Source: a virus
Lineage: Duplodnaviria; Caudoviricetes
Length of the DNA: 63,671 nucleotides
Reading direction: 5' to 3' (one strand)
Virus record (IMG/VR): IMGVR_UViG_3300042894_002234
Location: 1-63,671 of that record
Made by a program: the position numbers and the translations under genes. Shown here piece after piece: positions 9,416 through 17,306 of the stretch (position 1 is its first letter; each line of letters begins with the position of its first letter). The notes beneath the pieces were generated by a model. That model did not search any database. It was not told the origin of the DNA and saw nothing but the letters and a program-made list of their open reading frames with translations.

Positions 9416-9680
9416 AGCAATTTATGTAGCATGTGATTTTGAAAACATGTTTCCAATATTATCATCAGACTCATTTGACAATATGAGAAAAGCATTAGAT
9501 AATTATTGCGGTGCTGATGAAAGAAACTCAGGTAAATTTATAGCATTTTATCCTTACAATCCTAAATATCCTAGTGATTATGAAGGATATTTTGAATATG
9601 AATGTTGTACAAATGGTAACAATTGGGATAATACATATACAGATAAATTTAGAATTTACTGTGTAGGATTTAACGAATAG
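9396..9680 (+). CDS. Hypothetical protein
   Basis: 94-aa ORF with GTG start; start uncertain. Confidence 0.55.
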   Translation: MNTGGIKAIYVACDFENMFPILSSDSFDNMRKALDNYCGADERNSGKFIAFYPYNPKYPSDYEGYFEYECCTNGNNWDNTYTDKFRIYCVGFNE

Positions 9681-9690
9681 CACATATAGT

Positions 9691-10080
9691 ATGATAGTAA
9701 TTAACTTTACATTGTATACTCTAATACTGAGTTACAATCCTTGTGATATATTCAAACATTATAATGTTGTAGAAATGCATGGTCTTAACCTTGCAGATTG
9801 TGAAAAACATAATAACACTAATGATTCTGCATACATTGCAGGATTATGTAATTATGTACCTAAAGTAGATAAAGATTATAAAGATGGAGATCCTAAATTT
9901 GTATTCATAAACCTAAGTAGATGTAATACAGACATTGAAACATTTGGACTCATCATGCATGAGCTTATGCACATGAGCTTTGATTTGCACACCGATGAAG
10001 AAGAACTAATCACCTGGGCTGAACTTGAGTCATATAAAGTATTTGAAGTAGTAAAAAAAGCTAAAAACTATGAGAAGTAA
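9691..10080 (+). CDS. Small HExxH metallopeptidase-like protein
   Basis: FVFINL...GLIMHELMH...EEELITWAE zincin-type arrangement. Confidence 0.6.
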   Translation: MIVINFTLYTLILSYNPCDIFKHYNVVEMHGLNLADCEKHNNTNDSAYIAGLCNYVPKVDKDYKDGDPKFVFINLSRCNTDIETFGLIMHELMHMSFDLHTDEEELITWAELESYKVFEVVKKAKNYEK

Positions 10081-10291
10081 AACAGCAATTGAATGGCTTG
10101 AAATGGAAATAGTAAAGCTAGAAGATACATATGCTATTCCATCTAAGATTTATGAACTTTGTGAAGAAGCAAAAGACATGGAGAAAAAACAGATAATGAA
10201 AGCTGTTGATGATGGATTTGAAGAAGGTTCTAAACTTCCTGAAGATATTACTTTAAATAATGCAGAACAATACTACAATGACAACTATTAA
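10070..10291 (+). CDS. Small hypothetical protein (KTAIEWL...AKDMEKKQI...AEQYYN type)
   Basis: 73-aa ORF; motif pattern I recognise from small phage genes. Confidence 0.65.
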   Translation: MRSKTAIEWLEMEIVKLEDTYAIPSKIYELCEEAKDMEKKQIMKAVDDGFEEGSKLPEDITLNNAEQYYNDNY

Positions 10292-10766
10292 AGCTAAACA
10301 AGAAGCACTTGAAGAACAAAAGCAACATCTTATTGACATAATGAGAGCAGATGAAGAATTAGGGTTATATGAAGAACCTAAACAAATTAAATGTTACTGT
10401 GGTCATACTACATATTGTGATTGTAGTCCATTAGAAGAACCTAAACAAGAAACACTTGAACAAGCATCTTGGAGGTTTAATCCATTAAAGAAACTTGATG
10501 GTGAGTTTCTAAGAGCAGCATTTATTAAAGGTGCTGAATGGCAACAAGATAGAATGTATAGTGAGGAAGAGTCTGATTATGAAAAAATTAAACAAGCATT
10601 GATTAAATTTAGAAAAACACCAATGACATTTGTTCCTGATGAAAAAATGTATAGTGAGGAAGAAGTATTAGGTATTTTTCATGAATGGTTCTGTTATCAA
10701 ATAGACGAAGACGTTGAAATTAAATTATCATTTCAACAATGGTTTGAACAATTTAAAAAGAAATAA
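10260..10766 (+). CDS. Modular hypothetical protein with EEPKQ and MYSEEE repeats
   Basis: ORF track; two pairs of perfect internal direct repeats; CYCGH..YCDC insert. Confidence 0.65.
   Translation: MQNNTTMTTIKAKQEALEEQKQHLIDIMRADEELGLYEEPKQIKCYCGHTTYCDCSPLEEPKQETLEQASWRFNPLKKLDGEFLRAAFIKGAEWQQDRMYSEEESDYEKIKQALIKFRKTPMTFVPDEKMYSEEEVLGIFHEWFCYQIDEDVEIKLSFQQWFEQFKKK
10371..10448 (+). repeat. 15-bp direct repeat GAAGAACCTAAACAA (10371-10385 and 10434-10448)
   Basis: Read directly from the sequence; flanks the Cys-rich module. Confidence 0.9.
10553..10663 (+). repeat. 18-bp direct repeat AATGTATAGTGAGGAAGA (10553-10570 and 10646-10663)
   Basis: Read directly from the sequence; encodes MYSEE. 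Confidence 0.9.
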
Positions 10767-11026
10767 TGGGTAATCTAAAATCAAATAAGACAAAAGAAGA
10801 ATGGGATATGCTAGTAGAAATGGCAAAAGCTCGTTTAGCTGATCAAATTGATGATATGAATGGAAACAAGGATAGTAGAGTTACCAGATTAGAAATTATT
10901 AATCATGGTGAAAATGAACGTCCTGTTGGTAGACTACTTACTCTATACAAAGAACTTGGAGATTTTAACAATATTGAATTATCATATCAAGATAATGGTA
11001 CAACTTTAAAAATATTTATAAGATGA
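10766..11026 (+). CDS. Hypothetical protein
   Basis: 86-aa ORF, TAATG-coupled; VTRLEIINH...IELSYQDNGTTLKIF. Confidence 0.65.
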   Translation: MGNLKSNKTKEEWDMLVEMAKARLADQIDDMNGNKDSRVTRLEIINHGENERPVGRLLTLYKELGDFNNIELSYQDNGTTLKIFIR

Positions 11027-11262
11027 CAGGAGAATTATTGAATACTGATCATGGTTGGATGGTTTCTTATACTGAAGATGGATTACCTAAAGGTCTTTCA
11101 TTACATTATGATGATGTAGATGCTATTAATGAACTTAGGTTTACATTTGATAATATAGAAGCAAGAATAGCTAATAACCCAATTGTAGAATTTATAATAG
11201 TAGAAAACCAAAAATTAAGTGGTGTATCTAGATACGCTAAACTTACAAATCATATATTATGA
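11023..11262 (+). CDS. Hypothetical protein
   Basis: 79-aa ORF with ATGA overlaps. Confidence 0.6.
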   Translation: MTGELLNTDHGWMVSYTEDGLPKGLSLHYDDVDAINELRFTFDNIEARIANNPIVEFIIVENQKLSGVSRYAKLTNHIL

Positions 11263-11399
11263 CAAGAGTTGAAAGACTAATTGAATGGGTAGAAAATCTT
11301 CCTGTTCAAACATTTACTGAAGAAATGAAGCAAGATATCATTACTGAAATTGAATATGCTTTTGCAGATTGTACAACAGATGACATGTTAGATGAATAA
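11259..11399 (+). CDS. Small hypothetical protein (46 aa, not in ORF track)
   Basis: MTRVERLIEWVENLPVQTFTEEMKQDIITEIEYAFADCTTDDMLDE*; ATGA overlap upstream, overlaps the thyA start. Confidence 0.55.
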   Translation: MTRVERLIEWVENLPVQTFTEEMKQDIITEIEYAFADCTTDDMLDE

Positions 11400-12510
11400 T
11401 ATAGATAAACAATACTTAGATTTACTCCAAGATATCTTAGATAACGGAGTAGAAAAGAAAGATAGAACAGGAACTGGTACATTATCAGTATTTGGTAGAC
11501 AAATTAGACACAAGATGTCTGAGGGATTCCCTTTACTTACTACAAAAAAGATGGCTTGGAAAACTATTGTAACTGAGTTACTATGGTTTCTTAGAGGTGA
11601 AACTAACATTAAGTTCTTACAAGAGAATGGTTGTTTCATCTGGAATGGAGATTATGATAAATCTGGTAGAACAGATGGTGAATTAGGCCCAATATATGGT
11701 GCACAGTGGAGAAAATGGACAACATATGAACAAAATACTAAAGTAAATGGTGTCTATGATGAAAGAATGATAGATCAAATTGCAAATTTAATTGATACTC
11801 TTAAAACAAATCCAGATAGTAGAAGACTTATGGTTTCAGCTTGGAATGTAGGTGAGTTAGATCAAATGGTTTTACCACCTTGCCATTATGGTTTCCAAGT
11901 TTATACTAGAGAATTAAGTATTAAGGAACGTTTGGATTTAGCCTATAAAACATACTCAGTATTTGAACCAAGTGATTTTATTGAGGCAACTCATGAAGAA
12001 ATTGATAGATTATATCCTGTACCTAGTAGAGGAATTTCTTTAATGTGGAATCAACGAAGTGTAGATACATTCTTGGGTTTACCATTTAATATTGCATCTT
12101 ATGCATTGTTACTTGAGATTATTGCAGGTGAAGTAAACATGATACCTGATGAATTGATTGGCAACTTAGGTGATGTACATCTCTATAGTAATCATATTGA
12201 ACAAGCTAAAGAACAAATAGGTAGAGATCTAACTTATGAAGAAAGATATCGTATCTGGTTTAATAGTAATTATGAAACAGGTATGGAGTATAATCCACTA
12301 TCTATTCCAGATTTTGATAATGGATATTATGTATATACTCCTAAAAGAGTAAGAGAGCCATATGAGTTACCAAATTTGGTAATTAATACAGAGTTTTGGA
12401 ACAAAGAAGCTCAAACTATAGATGGTTGGATTCAAAGTATGCAAATTGAAGACTTTCAACTACCTAAGTATCAGTCTCATTCAGTAATTAAAGCACCTTT
12501 AAGTAACTAA
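11392..12510 (+). CDS. thyA: Thymidylate synthase (ThyA) with two insertions
   Basis: DRTGTGT, FPLLTTKK, ELLWFL, GPIYGAQWR, DSRR, LPPCH, QRSVD.FLGLPFNIASY, GDVHLY.NH. The Asn of PFN indicates dUMP specificity. Confidence 0.97.
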   Translation: MNNIDKQYLDLLQDILDNGVEKKDRTGTGTLSVFGRQIRHKMSEGFPLLTTKKMAWKTIVTELLWFLRGETNIKFLQENGCFIWNGDYDKSGRTDGELGPIYGAQWRKWTTYEQNTKVNGVYDERMIDQIANLIDTLKTNPDSRRLMVSAWNVGELDQMVLPPCHYGFQVYTRELSIKERLDLAYKTYSVFEPSDFIEATHEEIDRLYPVPSRGISLMWNQRSVDTFLGLPFNIASYALLLEIIAGEVNMIPDELIGNLGDVHLYSNHIEQAKEQIGRDLTYEERYRIWFNSNYETGMEYNPLSIPDFDNGYYVYTPKRVREPYELPNLVINTEFWNKEAQTIDGWIQSMQIEDFQLPKYQSHSVIKAPLSN

Positions 12511-12513
12511 CTT

Positions 12514-12654
12514 ATGAAATTTAAAGTTTACGAAACCAGCTATCAATTATTTGTATTACCGTATATTGGTGTTACTTATGACAAAACTCTTAATGGACAT
12601 TATGAGTTGTTTTTTGGTTGGTTAAAATATGAAGCTGTAATAACTATAAAATAA
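12514..12654 (+). CDS. Small hypothetical protein (46 aa, not in ORF track)
   Basis: MKFKVYETSYQLFVLPYIGVTYDKTLNGHYELFFGWLKYEAVITIK* fills the gap after thyA. Confidence 0.55.
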   Translation: MKFKVYETSYQLFVLPYIGVTYDKTLNGHYELFFGWLKYEAVITIK

Positions 12655-12659
12655 ACCCT

Positions 12660-12806
12660 ATGAAAGTTTTAGGAATCGTGATTCTAATACTTCTGCTAGT
12701 TGCAGTTGTATATGTATATGTAAAAGGAATAGACTATATGAGAGATAATCATCCTGATTATAAAGGACATGATCTCTTTGATGAAGAAGATCAAGATTCA
12801 GTATAG
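12660..12806 (+). CDS. Small single-pass membrane protein (48 aa, not in ORF track)
   Basis: MKVLGIVILILLLVAVVYVYVKGIDYMRDNHPDYKGHDLFDEEDQDSV*. Confidence 0.65.
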   Translation: MKVLGIVILILLLVAVVYVYVKGIDYMRDNHPDYKGHDLFDEEDQDSV

Positions 12807-12808
12807 TT

Positions 12809-13198
12809 ATGTTTGTAGAAGTACGTTTAATCAAAAAAGATGGTAAAGTTTCATATGTTAATGTTACTGATGAGAATCAGTATAACTTAATGGTAAAACA
12901 AGTACCAGAAGGTAGTAGAATTTGTGCTATGTTTGAAATATCTTCTCAAGATGGCTCTATGGGTCAACTTGCTAAGTTACATGCTTCAATCAGAGAACTA
13001 GCTCTACACCTTGGATACGACTTTGAGGACATGAAAATGTACATCAAACATCTCTCAGGTTTTGTAACTGAAAGAGTTATTGAAGGTAAAAAGATCTCAA
13101 GAGTTAAATCATTTGCTGATTGCTCTAAAGATGAATTAGGATTTGCTATACAAATGTGTATAGATTTCTCCAACAAGATTAATAATCCTATAGGTTAG
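12809..13198 (+). CDS. Hypothetical protein, possibly NinB/Orf-like recombination protein
   Basis: QLAKLHASIRELA...GYDFEDMK...SFADCSKDELG pattern resembles the NinB family; the ORF itself is solid. Confidence 0.45.
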   Translation: MFVEVRLIKKDGKVSYVNVTDENQYNLMVKQVPEGSRICAMFEISSQDGSMGQLAKLHASIRELALHLGYDFEDMKMYIKHLSGFVTERVIEGKKISRVKSFADCSKDELGFAIQMCIDFSNKINNPIG

Positions 13199-13508
13199 GA
13201 GCTTTTCTTTCTTGTTGTTGTTTTTGTAATTCTTCTTGAGTCATTTCCTCAACATGATTTGCATCAGTTGCAGCCTTTTCTATTATTTTTAGAAACACCA
13301 TAAGTGTTTGTAAATGATAAGCATGATCCTCTGGAGTTAATGTTGGATCATTATCCATAATTCTCTTTAGACCCTTGTCTAACTCTTCTTGATTTTCAAT
13401 AGAAGTGACAAAAACAAATAGGTCTATTACTCTAGAATACATTGTTCCTGAGAAAGGAACATTGAAAATAGCTGTATTTTTAATTGCTTTAACTTTATTA
13501 TTATCCAT
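13188..13508 (-). CDS. Hypothetical protein on the minus strand
   Basis: 106-aa ORF with natural composition filling the gap between two + genes; its ATG overlaps the ung ATG (CATG at 13506-13509). Confidence 0.65.
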   Translation of the reverse strand: MDNNKVKAIKNTAIFNVPFSGTMYSRVIDLFVFVTSIENQEELDKGLKRIMDNDPTLTPEDHAYHLQTLMVFLKIIEKAATDANHVEEMTQEELQKQQQERKAPNL

Positions 13509-14217
13509 GATTACAATTGATTTAGAAGAGATAAAGATAAAACTTTATCAGAAATTAAAACCATCTGGTTGGGCAGATGTGTTAAAAACATTTATTTTAA
13601 GTAATGATTTTGATAAGATACTTCAAGAATTACTTAGACAATCCCAAGATGGTAAGCGATTTACACCTATGGTTAAATATTTATTTAGAGCATTTGAAGA
13701 ATGTCCTTATAATGAAACAAAGGTAATAATTATTGGACAAGATCCATATCCACAACCAAATGTTGCAGATGGTATAGCTTTTTCATGTTCAAATGATAAC
13801 TATATACAACAATCGTTAAAATATATTCATGGTGAGATAGAGAATACAGTTTATCCAAATCAAGAATATAATAGAATAACGGATTTAAAAGCCTGGAGTA
13901 ATCAAGGTGTATTATTGATTAATGCAGCTTTTACTACAACTGTAAATAAGATTGGTTCTCACTATAAAATATGGGAACCATTCATGTCTTTTTTGCTTGA
14001 TGTAATTCAATATGATAAACCAGATCTTGTGTATGCTTTCTTAGGTAAGAAAGCTCAAGAATGGTCTATTAGTATACCAGAAACTAATCACAAGTTTTTG
14101 AGAACCCATCCTGCTAGTGCTGCACATAATAAACAAGAGTATTGGCACAGTGATGATCTATTCAACAAGATTAATGCTTGTTTAATACGCCAAGGTAAAC
14201 AACAAATTATTTGGTAA
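13507..14217 (+). CDS. ung: Uracil-DNA glycosylase (family 1)
   Basis: FRAF..CP...KVIIIGQDPY, ADGIAFS, WSNQGVLLIN, HPAS. True start likely ATG 13507. Confidence 0.92.
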   Translation: MITIDLEEIKIKLYQKLKPSGWADVLKTFILSNDFDKILQELLRQSQDGKRFTPMVKYLFRAFEECPYNETKVIIIGQDPYPQPNVADGIAFSCSNDNYIQQSLKYIHGEIENTVYPNQEYNRITDLKAWSNQGVLLINAAFTTTVNKIGSHYKIWEPFMSFLLDVIQYDKPDLVYAFLGKKAQEWSISIPETNHKFLRTHPASAAHNKQEYWHSDDLFNKINACLIRQGKQQIIW

Positions 14218-14616
14218 TTAGTTGATTATAAAGTAACCAGTTGCAGCTAAGAGAATAAATGTAATGATATTATATTTTGTCTTAGTTCTTCTATGTTTCT
14301 TAGACTCTTCTGCTAATTGTTTTTGTAGTTCTTTATTATAACTATCAATCATAATGATTTGATCTTCCTGTATAGAAATAATTGAATCTTTGTTTAAGAT
14401 TAAAGCGTATTGTTTATCAGTAATTTCTCTAAGAATATCTACTTGGTCTTCACAAAGATTTAATTGTTCTTTGCATTCTTTACCATTTATTAATCCTGTT
14501 GCAATCTTTCTTAATTCAACAGAATTATAGCATCTAATAGTATCCTTACCAGTTTGAGCGTATGATAGAGTCCAACTGCATAGAATTAGCAGTATTAACA
14601 AATTTAATTTTTTCAC
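14218..14616 (-). CDS. Spanin-like secreted coiled-coil protein with C-terminal hydrophobic anchor
   Basis: GTG start at 14616 gives signal MKKLNLLILLILCSWTLSYA|Q, then a coiled coil and C-terminal IITFILLAATGYFII; overlaps the preceding gene in Rz/Rz1 fashion. Confidence 0.5.
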   Translation of the reverse strand: MKKLNLLILLILCSWTLSYAQTGKDTIRCYNSVELRKIATGLINGKECKEQLNLCEDQVDILREITDKQYALILNKDSIISIQEDQIIMIDSYNKELQKQLAEESKKHRRTKTKYNIITFILLAATGYFIIN

Positions 14617-14863
14617 GGTAGACGTATTTGATTTTAGGTTTGACATTTTGTAAAGTATCTAGTTTAATATATAATTCGTCAAGTTCATCATTAAGTTGTT
14701 TGTTTATATTCTCAATAGTCTCAATTTTCTTTTCAAGATTTGGATCAATAACTATACGTACTCTTTCCTCATACTTTTTAATAGACAAAAGAAATAAAAG
14801 GAACATGCAAATAATATTTGCTACTAGGCTAATTTTTAGTTGGATATCTTCAGATACTTTCAT
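14546..14863 (-). CDS. i-spanin-like protein (N-terminal TM + coiled coil)
   Basis: ISLVANIICMFLLFLLSI TM followed by a heptad-rich segment. Confidence 0.5.
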   Translation of the reverse strand: MKVSEDIQLKISLVANIICMFLLFLLSIKKYEERVRIVIDPNLEKKIETIENINKQLNDELDELYIKLDTLQNVKPKIKYVYREKIKFVNTANSMQLDSIIRSNW

Positions 14864-15074
14864 CTTTCTTTAAATATTGTTTAATTAATTGAACTATTGA
14901 GTCTGGTGATAATAATAATACTATACCAATTAGTATAGGTATAACTATGTCAGACCAAGTTAAAGAATCTTTTAAGAAAAGACTATAGATAGATAAAACA
15001 ATTATTGCTAAACCTATTAAAGTTGTTTTAACACCTTTAAAAATATTAGAACAAATTCTTCTAGTCATTTTCAT
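14850..15074 (-). CDS. Holin-like two-TM membrane protein
   Basis: TTLIGLAIIVLSIYSLF and DIVIPILIGIVLLLSP, charged C-terminus. Confidence 0.55.
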   Translation of the reverse strand: MKMTRRICSNIFKGVKTTLIGLAIIVLSIYSLFLKDSLTWSDIVIPILIGIVLLLSPDSIVQLIKQYLKKDESI

Positions 15075-15330
15075 CTTTATCAGATTTAGGTAAAGTAACT
15101 CTAGAGTTACCTATGTATAATTGTTTTTGAATAAGCTGTATATCTTTTTCTAATTCAAATATTCTTATTTGTGTAGCACTATCTCTTTTTATCAACTCTT
15201 TAACATCATCCCTCATTTCCATAATGTCTTGCCAAATCATGATACCAAGAATACTCATTAAAATAGGAGTAAGCCAAGCTTTCACGTTTGTAATACCATC
15301 GTTATGCTTTGATGTATTATCTGTAGGCAT
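15061..15330 (-). CDS. Single-TM coiled-coil membrane protein (holin/antiholin-like)
   Basis: AWLTPILMSILGIMIW TM then a coiled coil; first gene of the minus-strand cassette. Confidence 0.5.
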   Translation of the reverse strand: MPTDNTSKHNDGITNVKAWLTPILMSILGIMIWQDIMEMRDDVKELIKRDSATQIRIFELEKDIQLIQKQLYIGNSRVTLPKSDKDEND

Positions 15331-15358
15331 TTCAATTTAGACATTATAGTTAGGATAC

Positions 15359-15377
15359 TATACAATATACAAAAAAA
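15359..15377 (-). promoter_or_regulatory. Candidate phage promoter (minus strand TTTTTGTATAT...)
   Basis: ATATACAAAAA at 15365-15375 (+) recurs at 56385-56395; both copies lie just upstream of minus-strand genes. Confidence 0.45.
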
Positions 15378-15399
15378 CAATAACTTAAAAAACAGATAT

Positions 15400-15828
15400 A
15401 TGAATAGAGTAGAATTTGAACGCAAATTAAGAGAGTTTGTGGATGCAATGAATGAGGATTCATACTACCACGCAGAATTTATAATCACAAATCAACCAGA
15501 AATTTCATTGAACTCATTACGAGGGATTTGCACCAAAGTGTTTGATACTCACAGTTTTATGTTTGAGAATAGAAAGTCTGATATAGTGTTTATGAGACAA
15601 ATATTTTGTAAATTCGCAAATGCTATAGGATTTACGGATGCAGATGTTGCTAGAGTTCTAAAGCAAAATAGAACAAGTGTAACATTAGCAAGACATAAAA
15701 TTGATGGGTATCTTGAAGTAAAAGATAAACCAACAATGGTGTATTGCAAATTGATTAATGATGAAATATTTAAATACTATGGAAGAAACATTCTTGGAGG
15801 AGATATTTCAGATGAATCTGTCTCCTAA
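15400..15828 (+). CDS. DnaA C-terminal-like HTH DNA-binding protein
   Basis: RKSDIVFMRQIFCKFA...GFTDADVARVLKQNRTSVTLARHKI matches the DnaA domain IV pattern (R...iv..RQi.my.....s...ig......dhtTV.ha..kI). Confidence 0.6.
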   Translation: MNRVEFERKLREFVDAMNEDSYYHAEFIITNQPEISLNSLRGICTKVFDTHSFMFENRKSDIVFMRQIFCKFANAIGFTDADVARVLKQNRTSVTLARHKIDGYLEVKDKPTMVYCKLINDEIFKYYGRNILGGDISDESVS

Positions 15829-16336
15829 TGAATTTTATGTTTTACAATGCTTAATTAAACAAGAGAGACCTAAAGTTGTAAATGCACATTTAGAATTAAG
15901 AAAATTACAAAGCAAAGATTACATAGACAAAGATTTTATAATCACAGACAAAGTAAACAAACTAAAGCACTTACTACCAAAGATTGAAGACAAAGATAAA
16001 ACTGTAGATAATATTGATGCATATATAAATATATTTCCAAAGCTCAAACTACCTAGTGGTAAATATGCTAGATCTCATAAGACTAATATTAAAGCATGTT
16101 TTCAATGGTTTTTTAAGAACTATTCATATTCATGGAACACTATTCTTAAAGCAACTAGTTTTTACGTACAAGACTTTGAATCAAAGAATTATTTATATAT
16201 GATGACTTCCCAGTATTTTATATGTAAAACCAAAATTGATAGAACTAAAGAATCAGAATTAGCAAATTATTGTGAAATGTATGAAGACGGTACTTTAGCT
16301 CAACAACCTACCCACTTTTCAGATAAAGTGGTTTAA
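15758..16336 (+). CDS. Hypothetical replication protein (possible initiator/helicase loader)
   Basis: Winged-helix-like N-terminus, FPKLKLPSGKYAR; directly upstream of the DnaB-like helicase. Start may be 15779. Confidence 0.5.
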   Translation: MMKYLNTMEETFLEEIFQMNLSPNEFYVLQCLIKQERPKVVNAHLELRKLQSKDYIDKDFIITDKVNKLKHLLPKIEDKDKTVDNIDAYINIFPKLKLPSGKYARSHKTNIKACFQWFFKNYSYSWNTILKATSFYVQDFESKNYLYMMTSQYFICKTKIDRTKESELANYCEMYEDGTLAQQPTHFSDKVV

Positions 16337-16345
16337 TTCAGTTAT

Positions 16346-17305
16346 ATGGTTACATGGAAAACACAAAAGGAAGGATTGAAAGAGTCCTTAGATTACCTAA
16401 GAGGTAGACGAGATGGTTTAATTACATCTATTAAGACCCCTTGGATTAAATTTAATGATGCTACTACTGATGGTTTAGAGTGGAATACTCTTACTGTTAT
16501 TGGTGGTAGACCAGGTTCTGGTAAAACTCTAATTAAAGATCAAATCATAAGAGAAGCTTTTGTGCTCAATCCAAAAGAAGATTTTAATGTACTTGAGTTT
16601 CAGTTAGAGATGCTTGCAAGAACTTCTGCAGTTAGAGAGTACTCTGCAATACTAGGTAAGTCATACAAATACTTATGTAGTGCTGATGGAGTATTATCAG
16701 AAGATGATTTACAAAGATGTTTTGAGTATGCAAAGAAGAAAGTAGGATTACCAATTGATATTGTAGAGGAACCCGTTACCGTTGATGAGTTCAAGGAGAT
16801 TATTGAAAGGTATATGTTTGAGAAAAGAGTTCTTGGTAGTTATGTTAAAACTATCATTACCTTAGATCACTCAATCCTACTAAGAAAAAAGAGTGGACAA
16901 CAAAGAATGGATGCACTATCAGAACTTGGTGAGGTGCTTACAGAACTAAAAAGAAAATATCCTATTCTGTTTATTATATTGAGTCAGCTCAATAGGAATG
17001 TTGATAACCCAGAAAGAACTGAAGATGGTAAGTATTCAAATTACATATTAGAATCAGACATATTTGGGGGTGATGCATTATTACAACATGCAGATACGGT
17101 TGTTGGTATTAATAGACCTGCAAGACAAAAGATCAAGTTTTATGGACCAGACAGATATATCATTAATGATGAAACTGTTCTAGTTATGCATTTCCTTAAA
17201 TGTAGAAATGGTGATACTCGTATGAGTTTTTTCAAAGCTGAATTTAATAGGATGAGAATCATAGAAAGTGAAACTCCTCCCCAAGCAAAAATTAAAATGA
17301 ACTAA
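16346..17305 (+). CDS. dnaB: DnaB-like (SF4) replicative helicase
   Basis: Walker A GGRPGSGKT, FQLEM, ITLDH, ILSQLNR, LQHAD, LKCRNG. Confidence 0.9.
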   Translation: MVTWKTQKEGLKESLDYLRGRRDGLITSIKTPWIKFNDATTDGLEWNTLTVIGGRPGSGKTLIKDQIIREAFVLNPKEDFNVLEFQLEMLARTSAVREYSAILGKSYKYLCSADGVLSEDDLQRCFEYAKKKVGLPIDIVEEPVTVDEFKEIIERYMFEKRVLGSYVKTIITLDHSILLRKKSGQQRMDALSELGEVLTELKRKYPILFIILSQLNRNVDNPERTEDGKYSNYILESDIFGGDALLQHADTVVGINRPARQKIKFYGPDRYIINDETVLVMHFLKCRNGDTRMSFFKAEFNRMRIIESETPPQAKIKMN

Positions 17306-17306
17306 T

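Noticed and set aside
13405-13506. Membrane-anchored UNG (hydrophobic N-terminal extension in the ORF track)
   Set aside because: The extension is the antisense shadow of the Lys/Asn-rich start of the minus gene; ATG 13507 gives a normal-length UNG.
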